This document shows, piece by piece, positions 44,636 to 59,439 of a stretch of DNA of 64,000 nt. Each line of letters begins with the position of its first letter. Position 1 is the first letter of the stretch. Under the pieces are notes generated by a model that was not told the DNA's origin, did not search any database, and saw nothing but the letters and a program-made list of their open reading frames with translations. The translations under genes were made by a program, and so were the position numbers. This stretch comes from Eledone cirrhosa (lineage: Eukaryota), in assembly GCA_964016885.1 (NCBI GenBank), contig OZ024742.1:191642001-191706000 (forward strand). Reading direction: 5' to 3'.

Positions 44636-45060
44636 CCTCTTCCTCGCACTTCCACTCACTGACTCTCAGTTTCTCCCCTTCTCACTTCCTCCCGTTCGTT
44701 AGTAGTGGGATCCTTTCTTTCTCACATCTCATTCACGTCGGACAGTCTGTTTTCTGACGGCTCATGAAATTCACCCAGATTATGCTGACCGGATAACCAT
44801 AATGTTGCTTGCTTTTTTCCTACCTTCGGTTTGCTTTTCCTTCTATGTTCTCTACATGTCTCACTCGCTTTACGCGATTCACTTGTCCCAATAGCTTATT
44901 TTAGTTATTGCTCGCACCAACCTGAGATATATGATTTTTAATGCGATGAAATACCAATGATGGTTGGCAAATCACTGATGAGGGACTAATTTTATAATAT
45001 GTAACCCATGTGCAACCACGCAGTATTCCTCTTTCTTCCCATTTTTTTTTATATATATAT

Positions 45061-45130
<70 letters not shown>

Positions 45131-46111
45131 CGAAGGAAATGTGGTAAGGAACCAGGTGGACCATAACGCACCCAAGAACTCAGTACTTGGGGTAGTAGAG
45201 TGGGTAATAGGAACCAGTAAGACCCCGACGGCTGAGCTCAAGCCGTTTCGACGGCTAATTCTGGACTAAAATATATATATATATATATATACAAGGCTAT
45301 AATCTAACCACATTTAATGAGTTAAGACTAAAAATTACAGTAGCCCCCAATCTGAAACTACGTCGATGCCACGCTAGATCTTCGCACACATGCATACACA
45401 TGTTTTCATAAAGATAATAAAAATCTGAGGTACATACACAAGAAAGCCAGCCACACTCCTAGGCTTAAAAAAAAACCCTCCTTAACATATGCAAGATATC
45501 GACCATTTCTTCTAATAAAGCCAACTTTGTTACCAACACCCCCACCCCACCTCCCACTTCACCTATTTAACACCATTTAAACTAAAAGGGTGTTTCTCAG
45601 TAAAAATCTTATTCTCTTAAACATCATCCAACATATGTAAAACATTCCACACCCATATTGACAAGCACTGCCCCATAGACCATAAATATAGACCAATATT
45701 TACCCATTCGGATACTCCTATGACTGAGAGAAGCCAAAACGTGTAAAATTGTAAATCAGAGCAGGGAAAAAGAAATGAATTTTTCCTATAAATATCTCTT
45801 TTAAAGATACGTCTAGGAATCAAACGTTATGCTTGACATATTGGAAAATCTAGGAAGCCTCTCTGCTACATTCTCTCAAAGTAATCTTTTTTCCAATACG
45901 ATCATATACGTCTGTCAACACATACACATGTTCTCACACTTAAATTTACAGGCCCATACATGCACAGATTTATGGTATGTATATATACTTATGAATATTT
46001 ATATATATATATATATATTATATATATATATAGATATATATGTGTATGTATGTATGTATACATATATATATACATTATATATATAACACAAACATATATA
46101 TATACACACAC

Positions 46112-46243
<132 letters not shown>

Positions 46244-46649
46244 AGGAGTTGACGGACTCAGCATATTTATCAATGCCAGGACCGGTTGTATCTCAGAGTA
46301 CTCAATGGGTAATTTAAGATACATTCCCAGAGTATACACATAATTATTCGCCTCAATACAACACATGTAAAACGGATGCCTATAACAGTTCCCGGACTCG
46401 AGTTTCGGCCACACTTAGTGCACCCTCCGTCTGTATATATTATGCAACAATGCACAATCGGCTTATGCGGCTTCATCAGCGGGTCTCGCCTAATCATTAA
46501 CCAATCGATCAACAGAATCCAAACCCCAGCCCATGTCGGTCATGACTGTTTGTGACAACCGACAAGGTAAAGCGATTAGCAACTGGAATCCGATACAACT
46601 CTGTCCCTCGACTGGCCACCAATGGAAATTAAAAGAAATGTGATGTGTA

Positions 46650-46706
<57 letters not shown>

Positions 46707-46872
46707 TTAAGGAAACTATTTATGGTTATGTTTATACTAAAACTGTTTATAGTTATACATATTTTAAACCCTAAACAGTGAAAGACAGTAATTTATTACT
46801 ACCTTATTACCAGTAAGGTAAATAGCTCAATGTAATAACATCAGTTGTTCTACAGAGCAGTTATATAGAAAT

Positions 46873-48092
46873 CACATGAATCAAAGTTCTGTTCAAACCA
46901 TTTATTAGCTTACAATTGTTTCGTCCAAACCGAGGTTTGGAGTCTTCGGAGCAATTTTTCAATGATTGTTAACATACATGACCTCCTTTCCAACACAAGA
47001 GACATCCAGAAACATATGTATATATCGGTGCACAGTGGGTTGACATCCATTATATATATTTTAGCATGGCAATTTACATTTAAACATTAAAATCATATTA
47101 AAAGAAAATTAAAACAAAATTAAAGTTAAAATACAACATCGGCAGTTTACGAAGATAATGCAAGAGGATAGTTTGAAGTAGTTACTGTATCCAATAGTTA
47201 CACGTGGGTCATGCACGTGTGTCTTATTTATATAAGATTAATGTGCGGCAAGGTGTTATATGCAATACAAGCACTTTAAGCGGGTAATCAAGAGAATTAT
47301 GGGGGTTGTATTGGTAAAGTATTTTTTATGTATGATAAAGAAGCTTGTGTGCAGAGAAATATTAAAAATGAGAAGCAAAATAATTGTTTCCACTTTAGGC
47401 ACAAGGCCAGCAATTACCCAGTGCATTACTGGTACTTTATTTTATCGACCCCGTAAGGATGAAAGGCAAAGTCAACCTCGGCGGGAGTTGAACTCAGATC
47501 GTAAAGGGACGTAACTATGCTGGAAAGCATGGCTTCCCAAAATGAGAAGCAAAATAATGTTATGGTTTTTGTATACACCACCATTTTTACAATCCAGGAA
47601 ACGTAATATATAGATTATATGTCCTTCCCATAATTAACATAAAAATACTTTACCAATACAACGCCCATAATTCTCTTGATTACCCGCTTAAAGTGCTTGT
47701 ATTGCATATAACACCTTGCCGCACATTAATCTTATATAAATAAGACACACGTGCATGCCCCACGTGTAACTATTGCATACACTAACTACTTCAAACTACC
47801 CTCTGCATCATCTTCGTAAACTGCCGATGTTGTATTTTAACTTTAATTTTGTTTTAATTTTCTTTTAATATGATTTAAATTTTTGAATGTAAATTGCTAT
47901 GCTAAAATATTATAATGGATGTCACCCCACTGTGCACCGATATATACATATGTTTCTGGATGTCTCTTGTGTTAGAAAGGAGGTCATGTATGTAAACAAT
48001 CATTGAAAAATTGCTCCGAAGACTCCAAACCTCAGTTTGGACGAAAGAATTGTAAGCTAATAAATGGTTTGAACAGAACTTTGATTCGTGTG
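46873..48092. mobile_element. Long fold-back element: ~460-bp inverted arms (46873-47331 / 47637-48092), each with an HHR-like motif
   Basis: Arms highly similar by eye; HHR TGCT-CCGAAGA-CTCCAAAC-CTCR-GTTTGGAC-GAAAS-AATT-GTA-AGCT at 46907-46953(-) and 48012-48058(+). Confidence 0.85.
47385..47538 (-). mobile_element. SINE family 1, 5'-truncated, 20-bp TSD
   Basis: AAAATGAGAAGCAAAATAAT at 47365-47384 and 47539-47558. Confidence 0.92.
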
Positions 48093-48777
48093 AGTTCTCT
48101 CTCTCTCTCTATAAATGAAAATTATAGAAAAGTTATACACATCACATTTCTTTTAATTTCCATTATTACATTTCATCAATTTTTATTTTCATGCTTGCAT
48201 TTCTTTCTAGTTTAATGTTCTCTTATTCTTATTTTGTTCATCTTTCTCATCTTCCATTTTCTTTTCTTTTTCATCTATTTCCTTTTTTTTTTCTTTTTGC
48301 TTTTCATATGAAAAATAAACTTCTTTTACTTTCCGCTTCGAGTTTTCTAGCAACAACTGTTAGTAAACTAACTAATACTCCTACAAGGTTCCTTCTAATT
48401 TTTTAACACAATTTCGTTTTTTATTATTGTTCATCTTGTAATTAATCATATTTAATAGTATACCATCTAATTTTGCCTACCTCACCGATAATAACATTCT
48501 TCATTTACAGTAATTGCTGTCACTAAAGACCATAATTCCTTTACCTTCCTCTCTTTTGGTACTGTACATTTGTTTTTGTAATTATTATTCTATTATTCCA
48601 CATTTTCATTTTCTCTTGTCGTAATTTCTCTATTTCTCTTTCTTCTTTCCCTCTTGACTCCCCCTTCTTTCTTTATATGTATATGAGAGATCGAGAGAGA
48701 GAGATAGATCGAGAGAGAGGTAGATCGAGAGAGAGAAATATAGAGTAACTTTGTAAATACACACACACACGCACACA

Positions 48778-48882
<105 letters not shown>

Positions 48883-49066
48883 GTATATTTTTTTTTTTCA
48901 ATGTGGTCTACCCACGGTGGTAGGGTCCGTACCGTACATAGATCTCAATGTAATCTGATGGCGAGTAATACAGTGAAATACATAGATGTTATTATTGTCA
49001 TTGTTAAATTAATACCTAATATATATATATATGTGTTTGTGTGTGTATACGTGTGTGTATGTGTGT

Positions 49067-49290
49067 GTATCCTGGGTTCAATCGGGGGTAGCCACAGTAA
49101 GTAAGGTACACAATACATAGTAGAGTATATTCAATATTTAATATATAGAAATTGCTTCTAAAAGTCTAGAACAGTTGCATTCGTAGGAAATTATCATTCC
49201 TGGGAATGAAACAGTTCTAGACCTATAGAAGCAATTTATATATATATAGAGAGAGAGAAATTGCTTCTACAGGTCTATAACTGTTTCATA
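49067..49290. mobile_element. Fold-back insert related to 41141-41348
   Basis: AAATTGCTTCTA..GTCTAGAAC.GTT.CATTC / GAATGAAACAGTTCTAGACCTATAGAAGCAATTT; outer part matches 41293-41342 inverted. Confidence 0.7.
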
Positions 49291-49839
49291 TATATATATA
49301 TATATAAAATCTACCACCATTAATACCATTAATATAAACAGCGGTGTTATCACGAATGTTTCAATCATGGCCAACATTTCTACAGAACGGTGAACATCGG
49401 TATTAAATAAATGTCAGAAGAAATTGGTTGCTAGGGGAATGCCACATGCCACATTATCACTATAGTAACTAGATCTAGTTGAACGAGATGAAAACAGATT
49501 GGGGCTTTATCGAACTACACAAGTAATTTCTCGATGCCTAACATGTGCTATTGTCAATAGATATAGTATAATGGGACTCAACTTCTAGCTCGACATGAAT
49601 AAAGACCCATATATGCAAAGTAACAACAAAGGGGATTAAATGTTTAGTACACAATCATTCATGTGTATATATCGTATGCGTGATTCTGTGTGTGTGATAT
49701 GTGTACATGCGTATGAGTTTACTCAAGGTTGCTTGTGAATATACGTTTGCGTAATGTGTATGTATATATATATATATATATTTCAGTTTAGTAGTCAGTT
49801 ACAAATATTAAGCTCTAAGAAAATACTTCTGAGCATTAC

Positions 49840-50599
49840 ATTACAATTTAAAAAATATATGAACAACACTACTGTGTTTTTTTTTTTGCAAAATGACAAT
49901 AATTTTTTAGCCAGATAGAAATACCTTAATTCAAGTACATATAGTCCGTCTGTATCGATCTAGAGAATATTAAATATTAAATCTATACTTACAGACGTAA
50001 AATGGCAACTGCGTGGTGCCTAGACAAGTTTAAATTTCAAAATTCAAACCTTTTCAGCAGATCGGGCGGAACTTCAAAACATAAACCTGTTGAGCTGAAT
50101 TCATAATCACATATTCACGGCTGTTATTTCTAGCGCCATGGATATGAGCCAGAATGCTGAGAAGGTCGTGTGCAAAAGCACATGTATTAGGCTTGCGACA
50201 GATCAGTCTTAAGATATTATCTTAGGAGAAGTGATTTTAATTTCTGGGTGCCTACCGAAGATCACAGAAAATTGATTACTTCACTAATAATTATTTTATA
50301 AATAGTTGTTTCGTAATTAATTAATTATTTCATTAGTATAACATCCCTTGTGAAACAAGTTTATGTTTTGAAGTTCCGCCCGATCTGCTGAAAAGGTTTG
50401 AATTTTGAAATTTAAACTTGTCTAGGCACCAGGCAGTTGCCATTTTACGTCTGTAAGTATAGATTTAATGTTTAATATTCTCTAGATCGATACAGACGGA
50501 CTATATGTACTTGAATTAAGGTATTTCTATCTGGCTAAAAAATTATTGTCATTTTGCAAATAAAAACACAGTAGTGTTGATCATATATTTTTTAAATTG

Positions 50600-50603
<4 letters not shown>
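49840..50603. mobile_element. Fold-back element with ~250-bp near-identical inverted arms (49840-50091 / 50354-50603)
   Basis: Arms match almost base for base; ~260-bp spacer; within (TA)n-bounded segment. Confidence 0.9.
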
Positions 50604-50639
<36 letters not shown>

Positions 50640-50703
50640 GTAGAACACTGGAAGGTATTATCCGTAGTGGTAAAGCACACAGTTCATGGGATGAGTTAGG
50701 TAG

Positions 50704-53321
<2,618 letters not shown>

Positions 53322-53601
53322 TATATATATATACATATATATATATAATGATACGAAACGAAAGGAGCTGTGTGGGTACCAAAAACAAGGTGGTGGTTAG
53401 GACGGAACAAGTGAAGAAAAGAAAAAAGGAGAAAGAACCCTTCGTCAGCTGGAAATATACACGATCAGATTTTTCGGCGCTAAATTACAAGACATCTGTA
53501 GTGATCGGGAACGCCCAAGACCTTTTATAAATCAAAAGGCCAGGAGGGAAAGGAGAGAGAAAGGAGAGAAAAAAAGAGAAAAGAAATTAGATGGTATATA
53601 T

Positions 53602-53637
<36 letters not shown>

Positions 53638-53803
53638 GTCGAGTTAAATCGGGTGACCACCGTGAATAATGTAGTCAACACTTATATATATATATATATT
53701 ACTATACATAGAACACTGTTCTTTACTTTACTTTTTCTACAGAAACACACACAAACACACACATACACATACATGTATGTATGTGTGCGTGTGTATGTGT
53801 GCA

Positions 53804-54187
53804 TATAAATAGGGAGACACAAAGCATGCTTTGTTTAGAACGGATAGCGAATTTGAAAATTAGGTAGTAACATGTGCTTACGCCATATTTGACTAAATAG
53901 AATTAGTCTGTTAGTTGGGATTTTTTAAAAAACCCTCTGAATGGAAAAAAAGGATGAGTTTTGACGTACATGTGACACGAGCCCACTTCTTTGGTTTGAC
54001 GAATCAAAGTGTTACCACTACACCAACACGCCACCCGTTCTTTTTTCCCATTCAGAGGGTATTTTTTAAATCCCAACTAACAAGCTAATTCTATATAGTC
54101 AAATACGGCATAAGCACGTGTTACTACCTAACTTTCAAATTCGCTAGCCGTATCTAAACAAAGGCTGCTTTGTATCTCCCTATTTAT
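53804..54187. mobile_element. Fold-back element (~145-bp arms) in (TG)/(CA) tract; third partial inverted copy at 54390-54570
   Basis: TATAAATAGGGAGA...CCCTCTGAATGGAAAAAA pairs with TTTTTTCCCATTCAGAGGG...TCTCCCTATTTATA. Confidence 0.85.
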
Positions 54188-54217
54188 ATACACACACACA
54201 CAACACACACACACACA

Positions 54218-54262
<45 letters not shown>

Positions 54263-54309
54263 CCCCCCACCCCCACACACACACACACGCACGCACACAC
54301 CCCCACCCC

Positions 54310-54349
<40 letters not shown>

Positions 54350-54624
54350 CATGCTATGGTTATATAGTTTCAAATTGAATGGAAGGACGCATGGGTGGCG
54401 TGTTGGTGTAATAGTTTCACTTTCGTCCGGCAAACCAAAGATGTGGATTCGTGACCCATGTACGTCAATACTCATCTTTTTATACATTGAGAGAGTGTTT
54501 TTAAAACCCCAACTAACAGACTAATTCTATTTAATCAAATACGGCGTAAGTACATGTTACTACCTAATTTTATATATATATATATATAAGTACTAATAAA
54601 ATAGATGTTCTTTTGATCAATTAC

Positions 54625-54677
54625 ATTTTATTATACATATTTCGGATGTACAACAGTACGTCCTCATCAGACAAAAT
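54625..54677 (-). ncRNA. Minimal type I hammerhead ribozyme motif, intact core
   Basis: Minus strand ATTTTGT-CTGATGA-GGACGTAC-TGTT-GTACATCC-GAAA-TATGTA-TA-ATAAAAT. Confidence 0.8.
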
Positions 54678-54758
54678 ATAATGATACATGACATACCCTG
54701 AGATGTTAAATGGTAATGATTTAATCATTCTTTGACAGAATATTGTTTAACAATTTAA

Positions 54759-54798
<40 letters not shown>

Positions 54799-55470
54799 AA
54801 CACATACGCAAAAAAAGAAGATAGCCACGAACTATTGATGAGGAGTTTGCATATACATTACCCAAATAAAACTTTCCGTTCCGTACCTAAAGTGTTCTAA
54901 AATGTTTAATTATATGATACTATATCAAGGGGGACGTCTCATGAATCATAACAGCCAGTGGTAGCCACTGGAAAAAGATTTATAAGGAAGGAAAGATAAA
55001 GTGAGGAAGTTTTTTTTTTCAAAAGTTAAACGGTTAGAATTTGGAAATATTTAATTTATAATATTAATGTGAAGACTCCAGATTTCAGGATTATTTGCTA
55101 TTCACGTATTTATATTATTTTATTTATATAAATTTGATAAGTGTGTTATCATTTCTAAACTTCTGAATTGTGAGAATAACATTATAAAAGATTTAGCTGG
55201 CACGTAAACTATGTTTACTGTTGATTAATTACCTAAATCTAAACTTTAACAAATATTTCGACATATTAGGTATGTAAAGCATTTATAGTATCTATTGTTA
55301 TAAATATTTATATAACTATTATGTATATAGGTATATATTAGTGAGTCAGTATGCATAAGGCAAAAATAAAATAAAATAAAATAATATGTTACAGATAAGA
55401 TTTATAGATTTGTATAATTATTCTTCAACCAAGATATCAACGTATTATTAGATATAGGGATGTATATATA

Positions 55471-56080
55471 TAGATATACATTAGGTATTATTAATCCCGC
55501 CGTGGTTGACTTTGCCTTTCATCCTTACGGGGTCGATAAAATAAAGTACCAGTAATGCACTGGGTAATTGCTGGCCTTGTGCCTAAAGTAGAAACAATTA
55601 ATGTAGTATACTTTAGGTATGTTACATTTAAATATATATATACATGCATATAAGAAAAACGAAGAATGAGTGCATGTATAAAATTCAAAACAATGTCTAT
55701 AATAATTTTTAGTTTGGATATTTTCTCTATATTTGAATCATGTATATAGAAGTAGGGTAGGTATATTTAAAAATATTTTAAAAATATATAAAATACAATA
55801 TATAACTAGATATACATTAGGTATTATTAATGTAGTATACTTTAGTTAAATGATAACAGTTATACTCTTGACAACATGTCACATTTAAATATATATATAC
55901 ATACATATAATAAAAAACGAACAATGAGTGGATGTACAAAACTCAAAATAATGTTTATAATAGGTTTTAGCTGGGATATTTTCTCTATATTTGAAACATG
56001 TATATAGAAGTATGGTAGGTATATTTAAAAATATTTAAAAATATTTAAAAATATGTAAAATACAATATATAACTACATAT
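55471..56080 (+). repeat. Diverged tandem duplication; first unit interrupted by a SINE (~55496-55586)
   Basis: Units begin TAGATATACATTAGGTATTATTAAT at 55471 and 55807; SINE family 1 fragment flanked by ATTAAT only in unit 1. Confidence 0.85.
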
Positions 56081-56495
56081 ATATTATATATTATAAAACT
56101 ATTATATTATGAATAAATAAATAAATAAATAAATAAGGGATCGAAAGTACAGCGAAAGAAATTCACATTTATATATAAGTTTGAATCTGTCTCAAATTTA
56201 GATATTAATATTATAGTGCAGTAAGTATAAAAGAAATATATGCTATATTATACTATAAATGATAGATCAAAAAGTCATTAAACATTTGGAGTTATAGATA
56301 AGTTTCGTAAACATTTTTGGATTGGGTATTATAACTAAAAGTTAAAAGAGATTACGAATGTATTAAAAATTCACAGTTAAATAAATTCAATAGATAGGTA
56401 TTGTACTAATTTATAGATAATGTTGTTTTTTCTATAGATATCCATAAAATAAAGCAGTGTTGACATAATTCATTGAAGTGTTTAACAACTTAATA

Positions 56496-56540
<45 letters not shown>

Positions 56541-56702
56541 TGTTATACTTTGGGAGGGTCATGTGGCCAATAAGAAACACACGCACCAGTTGCTTTCACT
56601 TCAATTTATTATATAATCATAAATTTATAAATTTACAAATCTACAAATCTATAAATTTCTGATTGGTTGGTTGGTTCCACAACCAGATAGTTGTTTATAT
56701 AT

Positions 56703-56747
56703 AGTCATAGTCCTTTCGTCACACACTCTGTGACCTCTTCAGTGACT
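56703..56747 (-). ncRNA. Minimal type I hammerhead ribozyme in PLE 3'UTR, intact core
   Basis: Minus strand AGTCA-CTGAAGA-GGTCACA-GAGTG-TGTGAC-GAAAG-GA-CTA-TGACT; same strand as the endonuclease ORF. Confidence 0.85.
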
Positions 56748-56951
56748 GGGGATTCCTTACTTTGTTTCTCTGCCTTTCCTTTCTTCTGTCCTACGCCATT
56801 TTGTTTCTGTGTGTATGTTGTGTGCTCAGTTTGCGCATGCGCCACATCCGGGTGTCTGTGTGTGTTTGTGTTCATTTATCTATTTGTTTATTTATTTACA
56901 TGTTGTTGGTTGGTTGTTTGTTCTATGTGTGTGTGTGTTTTCATTTTGTCC

Positions 56952-57465
56952 TTAATTGTAAGTTGTGATGTTGCTGTTCCACTCATATTTTCTATTTAAT
57001 TTTGGTTGTAATTCTTTTATGCTTACTGCCTCTGTAATTTGCCTAAACATTGCATCTTTTCTGTGTGTAGATTCTATTTTTATTTCTATGTTCTCTAATT
57101 TACCCCTGTGTTCTATCTTAGCATGTTGGTAGAGTACAGATGATTCTTTATTATCTTGAAGGTCTCGCCAGTGTTCATTCATCCGTTCCCCTATACTACG
57201 AGCTGTCTCACCTATGTACACTATATTTTTGTTTCTACATTGTCCTTCAGTACATCTTATGCTATACACTACATTTCTAGTTTTACAGTTAATATGGGGG
57301 CTTATTTTACAGGTTATATATTTCTTATCTATAGATGAGGGTCTTTGGAACGGGTATGTCTTGCTAATAAGTGTTTTTACGGAGGTACCTGGTCTTTCTA
57401 CTATCTTAATATTGAGTTTATGTTTATTTAGGGCCCTTCTAAATTTGTAGGCTAGTTCGCTTCTA
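56952..57465 (-). pseudogene. PLE C-terminal GIY-YIG endonuclease (5'-truncated ORF; upstream residues of the 57572 ORF come from the inverted tail)
   Basis: CKTRNVVYSIRC...YIGETARSIGERMNEH...H...RQITEAVSIKELQPKLN. Confidence 0.9.
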
Positions 57466-57612
57466 GTGGTTGTATTGATGAACATTACACTCTGGCCGCT
57501 ATGGGATGTATTGATGAACATTACACTTGGCAACATGACCCTCCCAACGTATAACAATATCGGTTTCAACACACGATTTCAGATAAAGAATCTTGCTAAA
57601 CAAATTCAGAAA

Positions 57613-57740
<128 letters not shown>

Positions 57741-58149
57741 GGTGAAAGAAATAGAGATAGATATATTCATGGATAAATGGATTACCTTCAATTAGGCGAC
57801 GACGAAATTACTTATATGAATTCGTTGTACTGGTTTTCTTATAACGCCTTAGGAAAATTGTTGTAAAGCTCAAAAGTGTGTCTGATATACCGCTACGTCT
57901 ATGAATGTAACCATATATTTCTATATTTCATAATTTGAATTCTTTCAATAAGGAATTGATTGTTTTCTAACAAAGAATCAAATATCCAGCTGTGAAAGTT
58001 GGATATCAAAAATGGTGTTCCACTTACAAATTGTAAGATGCATGAATCTAAAACAATGAAAAGGAAGGTTGTCTTTGTTAGGATTTGAAATCAGACCAGA
58101 GAGCATGCTATCCTCATTTCTAAATGTCTGCCAACCGACAATATTAATA

Positions 58150-58995
58150 ATAATTCTCTCTACTTTAGGAACAAAACAAGCAATTGGGGTGGGGGTCGAT
58201 TAAATCAACACCAGTGCATTACTGGTGCTTTAATATATCGAGCCGGTAAGGATGAAAGGCAAAGCTAACCTCGGCGGGATTTAAACTCAGATCATAAAGG
58301 GGTGTAATCCTATGCCATAATGCATAATGTCCGACACTCTACCGATTCTGCCAATCTACCACCCTAGTAATATTGATTTCTAGTATAGGCACAAGGCCAG
58401 TAATTTGTGGGAAGGGAAAAGTCGACTAAATCGACCTCAGTACGTTACTGGTGCTTTATTTTATCGATCCCGTAAGGATGAAAGGCAAAGCAAACATCGG
58501 CTGGATTTTAACTCAGAACGTGAAGGGCCATAACTCTATACTGCAAAACATGGTGTCTGACGCTCTACCGATACTGCCAATCCATCACCCTAGTGATATT
58601 TAATAATACTAATAATGGTTTCAGATTCAGGCGTATCTCTCATAACTATGAGGAGAAGGAAAGTAAATTAAATCGAATCCATGGTGTTACAATAAAGTAC
58701 CAGTAACGCTGTGGTATCGATTTAATCGACTTTCCATTCCCCCAAAATGGTTTAGCTTGTGCCTAAATAAGAAACCATTATTTCGAACATTGGCACAAGG
58801 ATATTTTTTAGAGAAAGTACACATTTTTTTAAAAATCAGCCCCAATAATTGAATGGTACCTTATTTTGTCTACACCGGAAAGTAGAGAGGTAAAATAGAA
58901 CACCACAAGATTTGAACTCAGTATGTAAATAGCCATAACAAATACTGTAATGTCATTTTATCCGACTCTCTACCAATTGTGCGAATCCACCAGCC
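58150..58995 (-). mobile_element. Cluster of SINE family 1 copies (58150-58365 -, 58370-58592 -, 58690-58780 + partial, 58785-58995 - degenerate)
   Basis: Each shows diverged core ACTGGT.CTTTATTTTATCGA.CCCGTAAGGATGAAAGGCAAAG and head. Confidence 0.8.
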
Positions 58996-59019
58996 TTATC
59001 TCTGGCATTGGCACTCCGT

Positions 59020-59285
59020 CAGTTACGATGACATGTGTTGCAGTTGATCTGATCAACGGAACAAACTGCTCGGGGAATTAGCATGCAAGTGGCTGAGTAT
59101 TTTACAAACACGTAGTTCTCAGGGAGTTTCAGCGTGACAGAAATGGGACAAGGCTGGCCCTTCGATTTACAGGCAAAAATTATGTTTGCCAGCTGAGTGG
59201 ACTGGAGCAATGTGAAATAACGTTTCTTGCTCAAGGACAAAACGTACGACCGGGAATCGAACTCACGACCTTACAATTGTGAGCC
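59020..59285 (-). mobile_element. SINE family 2
   Basis: B box (GTTCGATTCC on minus) and GTCCTTGAGCAAGAAAC..TATTTCACATTGCTCCAGTCCACTCAGCTGGC core. Confidence 0.75.
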
Positions 59286-59439
59286 GATTAAAATAAACAC
59301 AAATCAACGTATCTTCATCTACCAGCCTTCTCTAAAGGTTTTTGTAAATTACTTTATATTCTCAAGCTGCCTTCCTAAAGAAAACCACCTTGTGCAGGGA
59401 TATATATTTCTCCATCCTTCCAAATTAGTTCACTAAGAA

